A stretch of 64,000 nt of DNA from the NCBI RefSeq assembly GCF_006345805.1, contig NC_043002.1, positions 19,530,001 to 19,594,000 of the forward strand, given 5' to 3'. The notes under the pieces are model-generated. The model did no database searches. It was not told the origin of the DNA and saw only the letters and a list, made by a program, of their open reading frames with translations. The position numbers were made by a program, and so were the translations under genes. This stretch comes from Octopus sinensis (Eukaryota). Below are positions 59,901-64,000 of this stretch, piece by piece; within the stretch, counting starts at the first letter, position 1, and the number at the start of each line of letters is the position of its first letter.

Positions 59901-60740
59901 AACAAATTTCAGGCCTTGTACATACAGTAGAAAGGATTGTTGTTGTTGTTAAGGTGGTGAGCTGGCAGAATTGTTAGCACACTGGACAGCATGTTGAACA
60001 GCATTTCTTCCATCCTAACATTGAAGTTCAAATGTCACTGAGGTCAACTTTGCCTTTCATCCTTTCGGAGTAGATAAAATAAGTAGCAGTTAGGTACTAG
60101 GGTATTGATGTAATCAACTTTCTCCTCACATCAAAAAACTGCTGGCCCTCTGCCAAGATTTGAAATCATCATTATTGTTATTATTATTATTATTATCATT
60201 ATTCTTTTCTACTCTAGGCACAAGACCCAAACTTTTTGGAGAAGGGGCCAGTTGATTAGATTGACTCCAGTACGCAACTGATACTTAATTTATTGACCCC
60301 AAAAGGTTGAAAAGCAAAGTCGACCTCAACAGAATTTGAACTCAGATTAAGGCAGTGAGCTGGCAGAATCATTAGCATGCTAGATGAAATCCTTCACAGT
60401 ATTTCATCTGTCACTATGTTCTGTGTTCAAATTCCGCCAAGGTCGACTTTGCCTTTCATCCTTTCAGGGTCAATAAATTAACTACCAGTGAAAGACTAGG
60501 ATCGATGTAATCAACTGAATCCACCCCCACAAGCTACTCTCGTAGCAAAAATTTGAAATCATTATTATTATCATCATTCTCATTGCAGAAAATGAAAGTG
60601 GTACAGTCCGTAAATGGTTGACGCTAAACAACAACATAGAACTTGAAGTAGAACTGGTACACGGTAAACCTGATTCCAACCATCAAAAGAAACCTGGCAT
60701 ATTTCGCAATTTCTCATTTCGCAAGGACAAACAACATTAA
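94..60740 (+). CDS. Spliced multi-C2-domain protein gene, 5'-incomplete, tricalbin/extended-synaptotagmin-like; 18 exons joined give 576 aa + TAA
   Basis: Exons 94-177, 2492-2581, 9987-10122, 11399-11472, 16948-16992, 26548-26602, 28998-29060, 31486-31628, 33444-33530, 35658-35741, 37473-37565, 38309-38532, 45780-45805, 48730-48771, 52378-52489, 53756-53864, 57891-58002, 60589-60740. All have AG acceptors, GT (one GC) donors and matching phases, with no internal stop. C2 motifs: LNPRW, FDWD..DDDFLG, KDRNGFSDPF, TLFPIWNE, DKD..DDFLG. Family assignment is inference. Confidence 0.85.
832..1802 (+). mobile_element. Decayed, 3'-truncated mariner (Tc1/mariner DD34D) transposon
   Basis: TIR-like tagtcataccataaataatgcggtcttttt near 832-862; ATG 1011 (MEVTKEHI*HILLYEFN...); HTH region (ORF 1221..1445); MTGDEKW near 1449; SVWWDMKG; FHQDNA near 1727; several stops/frameshifts. 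Confidence 0.9.
2492..2581 (+). CDS. Exon, C2 loop 3: TKLSFYVFDWDGRNIIDDDFLGCAFLDVHQ
   Basis: atctatttcag acceptor; ends at CAG|gcaaga (GC donor), or at weak GT 2573; phase 0/0. Confidence 0.9.
8845..8925. repeat. (CT)n microsatellite; many others, e.g. (GT)n 7328-7353, (TA)n 11701-11786, 13291-13327, 47559-47597, 47934-47967, 51498-51528, (ATT)n 53887-53933, mixed CA/TA 38830-39120 and 63375-63530
   Basis: Direct reading. Confidence 0.97.
9987..10122 (+). CDS. Exon, end of C2: KENFCIRKALSLGNDRPSSGFVADKSLGYVIVSVIFRPVPSVAKS
   Basis: aaatag acceptor; G|gtaagt donor; phase 0/1. Confidence 0.88.
11399..11472 (+). CDS. Linker exon: (E)NYQPFQTNFSQKLYVEDKVSPQSM
   Basis: ttttcttctcacag acceptor; ATG|gtatgt donor; phase 1/0 fits neighbours. 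Confidence 0.8.
13153..13213 (-). ncRNA. Type I hammerhead motif with one core substitution (G12>A)
   Basis: Minus strand AGAGU-CUGACGA-[GC..~13 bp hairpin..GC]-AAAA-CC-UAG-GG-UA^ACUCU. Confidence 0.6.
13330..13552 (+). mobile_element. SINE family A, well-preserved copy; >20 further copies/fragments, e.g. 10905-11050, 25240-25440, 37735-37935, 53333-53548, 54255-54450, 59570-61390 cluster, 62810-63000
   Basis: Recurrent gagctggcagaa...gttctgagttcaaattcc (Pol III A/B-box-like) and gactttgcctttcatcctttcggggtcgataaaataagtaccag core; ATT-rich tails. Confidence 0.88.
15362..15620 (-). mobile_element. Possible mariner terminal remnant
   Basis: TIR-like tatgagtttatatggcatcaaaaatttcctggact, and a minus-strand frame loosely resembling a mariner C-terminus; heavily decayed. 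Confidence 0.3.
15780..16270 (+). repeat. Interspersed repeat of unknown class; related copies 52590-52935(+) and 50020-50460(-)
   Basis: Shared ctttcttccaa.gaatcta.tgctcttagcttag...cagattggagca.tctc.a.tgtaaccagcc.aaa...gatctggaact. Confidence 0.7.
16948..16992 (+). CDS. Linker exon (symmetric, possibly cassette): SPSQIEPINSDNKDQ
   Basis: tgtctgttttccattag acceptor; CAG|gtattt donor; 45 nt, phase 0/0, open. Confidence 0.6.
22367..22372 (+). CDS. Candidate 6-nt microexon GTCATG (Val-Met)
   Basis: ttattgactctctttcatttttccag|GTCATG|gtaggt; frame-preserving in a phase-0 intron. Confidence 0.3.
24270..24728 (-). mobile_element. Young 5'-truncated CR1-clade LINE 3' end with (TAAC)n tail
   Basis: Minus frame [40 protein letters not shown]...WNKLP; GC-rich relative to flanks; (agtt)n 24270-24290. 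Confidence 0.92.
25897..26016. repeat. 28-bp minisatellite, ~4.3 units (ggtaattaagtataaagtgtactactca)
   Basis: Units start 25897, 25925, 25953, 25981, 26009. Confidence 0.9.
26548..26602 (+). CDS. Exon: AENKNSRQSLAFIEKYLE(G)
   Basis: tttatttctag acceptor; AAG|gtaaat donor; phase 0/1. Confidence 0.82.
28429..28645. repeat. 97-bp inverted repeat, 23-nt spacer
   Basis: Arms 28429-28525 and 28549-28645; one difference (G:U pair in sense RNA). Confidence 0.95.
28998..29060 (+). CDS. Exon, C2 start: (G)KTFVDFKIIQAKNLESKDRN(G)
   Basis: ttttttatttcag acceptor; ATG|gtaagt donor; phase 1/1. Confidence 0.92.
29818..30470 (-). mobile_element. RTE-clade LINE 3' end with 3'UTR and (GAT)n tail, with internal duplication
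   Basis: Minus frame FGHVMYMDEDSCVKKC*SLTVEGTCCRGRPGKTWDEVVKHDL; continues into the abundant 3'UTR repeat. Confidence 0.85.
31283..31319 (-). ncRNA. Decayed minimal hammerhead motif
   Basis: Minus strand UGCUU-CUGAAGA-A-GAGC-UUU-GCUC-GAAA-CAUA^AAACA; helix III ACGU>ACAU. Confidence 0.5.
31486..31628 (+). CDS. Exon, C2 core: FSDPFCEVMLGKKKLFKTSVKKKTLFPIWNESATLELPDDNNTTIEL
   Basis: tttaatttcag acceptor; TTG|gtgagt donor; phase 1/0; matches ORF 31509..31718. Confidence 0.95.
31732..32137 (+). mobile_element. Non-autonomous Helitron/Helentron-type element, copy 1
   Basis: Starts actagcagtatcgcccggcgttgctcggg; ends acagacagcacacaacc..cttttatatataaagat; near-identical to 56755-57150; no TSD seen. 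Confidence 0.7.
33444..33530 (+). CDS. Exon, C2 loop 3: VLSDKDLIYDDFLGNLTLTVSKMKEMSLN
   Basis: atttattcttcag acceptor; AAT|gttagt donor; phase 0/0. Confidence 0.9.
34335..34620 (-). mobile_element. CR1-type LINE 3' fragment (same family as 58124-58885)
   Basis: AEAWNRLSASVV...FK motif; 3'UTR matches 58700-58885; (ATT)n tail. Confidence 0.8.
35658..35741 (+). CDS. Exon, C2 end: GHPEWFPLTKCKSGSLQLQCTVTSKDTL
   Basis: ttttttcttatttcag acceptor; TTG|gtatgt donor; WFPL..G.L.L C2 terminal strands. Confidence 0.92.
37473..37565 (+). CDS. Linker exon: ENGKAENVSSEELNHDVSKSKTTKSPTQSSL
   Basis: ttatttttgaag acceptor; TTA|gtaagt donor; phase 0/0. Confidence 0.82.
37649..37728. repeat. 27-bp tandem repeat x3 (gtttacagtattttatcatttaattat)
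   Basis: Essentially identical units at 37649, 37676, 37703. Confidence 0.92.
38309..38532 (+). CDS. Ser/Arg-rich linker exon: QEESSYGRSSSDTHIASPGSSRSVLKSNNHLNRKTSLTRTVSHNFLRQQNARWSLLGSSIVNFRKASTTLQPSA(S)
   Basis: ctaattttcacag acceptor; TC|gtgagt donor; 224 nt open, phase 0/2. Confidence 0.85.
40356..40495. repeat. 79-bp-period direct duplication
   Basis: gtcttagatacacagtatataaatat... at 40356 recurs at 40435. Confidence 0.8.
41110..41480. repeat. Degenerate ~19-bp minisatellite (tgattcattcataaaaatg-like)
   Basis: Recurrent gattcat/cataaaaat units. Confidence 0.6.
41713..41737 (+). CDS. Candidate alternative terminal exon: (S)NSLDVIK-stop, AATAAA at 41761-41766
   Basis: Long pyrimidine tract tcttc(t)n-gctccctcctag; phase-2 entry matches exon 38309-38532; TGA 41735-41737. 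Confidence 0.45.
42001..42153. mobile_element. hAT (Charlie-like) MITE with perfect 8-bp TSD ATCTAGAA
   Basis: atctagaa at 41993-42000 and 42154-42161; termini ttggggtccctaaa / tttggaaacccctg. Confidence 0.8.
42275..42759 (+). mobile_element. Composite insertion: inverted tail copy + tRNA-headed SINE with Penelope-like tail, 15-bp TSD
   Basis: aggaagaatcttgtt at 42260-42274 and 42760-42774; tRNA-like head 42514-42590 (tggcatagtgg / gagttcgattcc); tail 42620-42760 inverted at 42310-42447. Confidence 0.8.
42667..42712 (+). ncRNA. Minimal type I hammerhead ribozyme motif (sense strand)
   Basis: GACAC-CUGAUGA-A-GGUUGG-agggtata-UCAGCU-GAAA-U-GUU^GUGUU; stem I GACAC/GUGUU; stem II rich in wobbles. 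Confidence 0.6.
45780..45805 (+). CDS. 26-nt microexon: (S)TKKTSVTQ(G)
   Basis: tcttactgtgtaccag acceptor; AAG|gtatag donor; the only candidate I found converting phase 2 to the phase 1 needed downstream. Confidence 0.65.
46571..46889. mobile_element. hAT (Charlie-like) non-autonomous element
   Basis: Termini caggtgtcggc / gccaaccccta; flanks ctctagat / ttctagac fit NTCTAGAN. Confidence 0.65.
47691..47933. repeat. ~119-bp inverted repeat, 6-nt loop, within an element (47598-47933) bounded by (TA)n
   Basis: Arms 47691-47809 and 47816-47933; a few mismatches/wobbles and one indel. Confidence 0.95.
47813..47899 (+). ncRNA. Type I hammerhead ribozyme motif (sense strand) with long stem II
   Basis: UGCAU-CUGAAGA-U-GGUGG...CCACC-U-GAAA-C-GGUU-GUA^AUGCA; stem I UGCAU/AUGCA. 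Confidence 0.6.
48730..48771 (+). CDS. Exon: (G)CLGKPSMWRRSFR(D)
   Basis: ctctttatctgaag acceptor; GAG|gtatgt donor; 42 nt symmetric, phase 1/1. Confidence 0.7.
50492..51310 (-). mobile_element. Older RTE LINE 3' remnant (ORF end 51080-51310, 3'UTR 50492-50700)
   Basis: Decayed RRLxWYGHVxRMDEDSC / EVVRND / AVLEKTH-like frames; 3'UTR shared with 29818-30050. Confidence 0.7.
52378..52489 (+). CDS. Exon, last C2 start: (D)GSILSADKYYSVSGTVVQGRHLMLLEGDVYCKVRLQ(T)
   Basis: ttatttatttcag acceptor; AC|gtatgt donor (alternative in-frame AG|gttgca at 52481); phase 1/2. Confidence 0.85.
53756..53864 (+). CDS. Exon, last C2: NHLSNARTKLRSSGRILGRSTTVKAQLEPQFNLNFE
   Basis: ttctattctctgcag acceptor; GAA|gtaagt donor; phase 2/0. 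Confidence 0.88.
53935..54242 (+). mobile_element. Young RTE-3'UTR-type repeat ending (GAT)n; other copies ~3310-3425(+), 9580-9700(-), 25640-25800(+), 32138-32290(-), 34737-34870(-), 49865-49950(-), 57151-57330(-), 62270-62400(+)
   Basis: Shared core ggagtggttggcgttaggaagggcatccagctgtagaaa...caacccatgctagcatggaaaacggacgctaaatgatgatg. Confidence 0.85.
54980..55303 (-). mobile_element. Young tRNA-derived SINE family D; older related copies 6716-7020(+), 10174-10415(+), 32500-32630(-)
   Basis: Minus strand gggcgcgtggcttagtggttaggg...gagttcgattcccgg (A/B boxes), then ttgtgtccttgagcaagacactttatttcacgttgctccag; CpG-rich, so recent. Confidence 0.88.
55321..55503 (+). mobile_element. Candidate short solo LTR
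   Basis: TGTAG...CTACA termini, internal AATAAA, CpG-rich, flanks catg/cata. Confidence 0.35.
55899..56312 (+). mobile_element. Full-length tRNA-derived SINE family B with internal TA/TG microsatellite; minus copies 12765-12905, 17475-17640, 26830-27370, 37195-37320, 57355-57480
   Basis: tggctgtgtggtaag (A box), ggttccgagttcagtccc (B box), ccttgggcaagtgtctt central motif, tail gaaacaagtaaaagaataaaga. Confidence 0.88.
56755..57150 (+). mobile_element. Non-autonomous Helitron/Helentron-type element, copy 2
   Basis: Same termini and body as 31732-32137. Confidence 0.7.
57891..58002 (+). CDS. Exon, last C2: VDRGAGVSAEALLVFDMKKATKEHLASKAFTIRELLG(E)
   Basis: tttttccttcttcag acceptor; GAG|gtgagt donor; phase 0/1. 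Confidence 0.9.
58124..58885 (+). mobile_element. CR1-clade LINE fragment: RT C-terminal half, internal deletion, 3'UTR, (ATT)n tail
   Basis: YINDI...KYADDIKLY...WQLKLAVDKC...DLGITVSSNLCWTKHI...MVQPHLEF; then jump to EAWNKLP. Confidence 0.92.
60589..60740 (+). CDS. Terminal coding exon: (E)NESGTVRKWLTLNNNIELEVELVHGKPDSNHQKKPGIFRNFSFRKDKQH-stop
   Basis: cattctcattgcag acceptor; phase 1; W-L-x-L C2 terminal strand; TAA 60738-60740. Confidence 0.9.
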
Positions 60741-63700
60741 CAAATAACAATACACAGAAACAAAAAAGACATTCATAAAACACTTATTTTTTTTAATTTA
60801 TTTAATTTTTTTGTTTGTAATTGTTTTTGTATATTTTTCTCTGAATTTAATATCATATTTTAAATGTCTTGCTCATTAAATTTTCTGTGTATCTGAGTGT
60901 GTGACTCATCATCATCGTCGTCATCATCATCATCATTAGAGCATCAGACAACACATGATATTTGTTCTGGCTCTTTATGTTCAGAGTTCAAACCTCACTG
61001 ATGTAAAATTTTGCCTTTCATTCTTCCAGGGTCAATATAATAAAGTACCGGTCAAATTCTGGGAGTTAGTGATATCAACAAATCCCCTTCCCCAAAATTA
61101 TTGATCTTGTGCCCAAATTAGAAGTAGTTATTATTAGGGGCAGTGGATCAGTAGAGTATCAGGTAAAATATCTTGTAATAATTGTTCTGGTTCCCACTAA
61201 AGTTCACATTGCCTTTCAATTTTTCAAGATCAATAAAATAAAGTCCCAGTCAGGTACTGGGATCAATGATCTGGGTTCAAATCCTGCTGAGGTCAAATTT
61301 GCCTTTCATTCCTCCAGGGTTGATAAAATAAAAGTCAGCCAAGTATTGGGGCCAGTAGTATTTACTCCTCAAAATTGTTGGCTTTGTGCCTAGACACAAT
61401 CATTGTTAACATAAAAATAAAATAAAATAAACCCTTTTTTTTTTTCGCTGTCATTATTAAGGTAGTGGAATGGCAAAAACAGTAGAAAGCCACACTGAAT
61501 GCTCAAATTCCATCAGGATCAACTCTAGGCTTAGTAAAATACTAATCAATGGATAGCTAATAACAGATAGCACTTATAATACAGAACAAAAACCAGTGTA
61601 GATTGGGGTAAACACATGAAGTGACTCAGAGCACCCTACACACAATCCTGAATTACTTGCCAAAGGCAAGTGCCTTCTCCCAGTTCTTGCCACTAGCCAA
61701 GTTGTTAAGTTAACATGGATCCAATTAGCCATGGTGTTTTTGTCACTCTCACCTTTTATAAAATTTATTAGGCAGCAACACTTCCCTCTCTACTTTCACC
61801 TACACCCTCAGTTTTTACTTAAAGAAGTTGATTGAGGGTTTGGCTTGAGATGAAAAGTTCACTCCTTAAACATTCAAATCACATCCACCATATAATCTCC
61901 TTTGTCATAACTACCTGACAATGGAAGACTACCTGCTCTTCCTTGTCAAAGGGTAGGCCGAGGCTCAGCTAATAGCAGGAACCATCCTGCATGTGATAAT
62001 GGCTGACCAACAAAACCTCACACATTAGCAATGCATGAACATTGAACAAGACAAATGCATACTACATAAGCTCTTGAACCAGACATTCAGTTACTGGTGG
62101 TTCCAATGTGACCATACCTGCAGAGTTTATCCCAAACAGGTAATGTGAAATACATCTAGTAACCACATGGCTATAAGTTCAAATCTAGATACTGTCACTG
62201 TGTTGTACCTCCAAACAACAGAACCAGAACAGACAGAATTGTGCTTCCTTCACTCCAGTTATCCTGACTGAATAAAGGACAGCTTCCAATTGCTACTTTA
62301 CAGACGAGTGGCCTGTGGTAGGAAGAAACGCATCCAACTGTAAAAACCATTACTCTACCAAAACACTCCACCCACCCATGCAAGTTTGGATAAGTGGATG
62401 TAAGACAGTTAAAAATTTTTGTCTTTTTCAAATGTCTCATCTTTCAAAATATCTTTCTTCTCTTTTCCCTTGTATGAATGATTGAGGAAAGAAACCAAAC
62501 CGTACTGGAATAAATATCTTTCAGTGCTTAGTTTTGTTCCTGTGTGTTTTTTTTTTGTTTTTTTTTTTACTTCAAGTTTTACTAAAGTTGATAATACCAA
62601 CTTCATACAATCACCAAAATTTGAGGTATTGCGCTATTGTTAGAAATCATTATGTTCTGAGATCAAATAACATTGATATCAACTTTATCTTTTATACTTC
62701 AGCGGTCAATTAAATACATTTTCTCTCTAATGTTGGGGTTGATTTAACTGACTATTTTCTCTCATAATTTTGTGGCATTGCACCTATACTAGAAATTTAT
62801 TACCATTAGCATGCTGGACAAAATTCTTAGCAGGATTTTGTCTGTCTTTCTGTTCTGAATTTAAACTCCAAGGTTAACTTTGCCTTTCATCTTTTCAGGG
62901 TCGATAAAATAAGTACCAGTCAAACACTGGGGTTGATACTGTCGACTAACTCCCTCCCACAAAAATTTCAGGCCCTGTGCCTTTAGTAGAAAGAATTATT
63001 ATTATGCAGAAATAATGTCAAGAGCTTCCTTTTGTAAATCAAGGATAAGACACATCTTTGAAACCTGAGATCTTTGTTAAGAAATATTCAGGCTTAGCAA
63101 AGATGTTCATAATTTTCAAAAAATGTTGAAGGTCTACAAAAATATCAAAGGTTATGTTGTTGTTATAATTTTCTAATTTTTTAAGAATTTGTTTGCTTTT
63201 ATTAGTATTTTTTTAAACCTCATGCTATGTTTATTTTTTTATTTTCTGTTGTTTTGTTTCTCATTCAACAGTTTATAATCACTGTTAATGTTATTGTTGT
63301 TTCATTAACATTTACAAATATTTCTAACTAAACTAACTGAAATTGTTTGCACACTGTCACCATTCACCTTCCACCATGTTCTGTATTCATACACACATGT
63401 GCATATATGTATGCATATATATATATACACACACACGTATGTATGTAAGTATGTATGCATGTATATGTGTTTGTATGTATGTATATATGTATATATATAT
63501 AATGCTAATATGTATAGCTATATGTGTATGTATTTATATTCCTCTGAAATGAGGGGCAAAGGCAAAGACAGATTTGTTTTTAAAAAAATCATGCACCACA
63601 TGTGATTAATAATTAATTCAATGAGCAGTCAGATGATGAAAACCTTTCCTATCGATAAGGAAACGAAACTAAAGAAGTCATAACATTTTGCAAGGAGGTA

Positions 63701-64000
63701 GGGGACATTTTTTAATTTTATTTTTTCAAGTCTTACAATTTATATTTTAAAATATATAATGAACTGTTTACATTTTCTGCAAGGCAGTTTCAATTCTAAA
63801 TTGAAACCAAATTCATTTGTACTCTAATGCCATTGAGCTTTGTAAGAGGTCTGGGTCTCACAGCTTCATTGTTACAACCCACCCTAGAACTATTTTCTTG
63901 TGCCTAAGATGTTATTATCAAAGAGAGATGGATTGGCAGTATTGGTAATGTGAATGACTTGCTTTATTTGGTTGCATTCCATTACATTCTGAGTTCAAAT

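Noticed and set aside
61231-61430. AATAAA motifs as the gene's poly(A) site
   Set aside because: Several candidates, mostly SINE or A-rich; cannot choose without 3'-end data.

Overview
AT-rich, microsatellite- and SINE-dense animal genomic DNA. The repeat families resemble those of Octopus/coleoid cephalopods (inference from recalled repeat sequences, not verified). One + strand gene spans the window. I assembled 18 phase-consistent exons by hand (94..60740, 1731 nt = 576 aa + stop, 5' part upstream of the window). They encode the C-terminal part of a multi-C2-domain protein: a partial C2, a complete five-Asp C2, a Ser-rich linker, a degenerate C2 and a basic tail, most like tricalbin/extended-synaptotagmin contact-site tethers. 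Splicing oddities include a probable GC-AG intron, a 26-nt frame-setting microexon, a candidate 6-nt microexon and a candidate alternative last exon. Introns hold a decayed mariner, CR1 and RTE LINE fragments, tRNA-derived SINEs, hAT MITEs and two near-identical Helitron-type elements. The most striking unexplained signal is a set of unrelated short elements carrying minimal hammerhead-ribozyme (HHR) motifs of the Penelope type. Several sit in long near-perfect fold-backs, and the two sense-strand copies retaining the conserved CUGANGA/GAAA/UH core lie in the introns on either side of the 26-nt microexon. All folds and splice models are by eye and untested. Most ORF-track entries are microsatellite or repeat noise.
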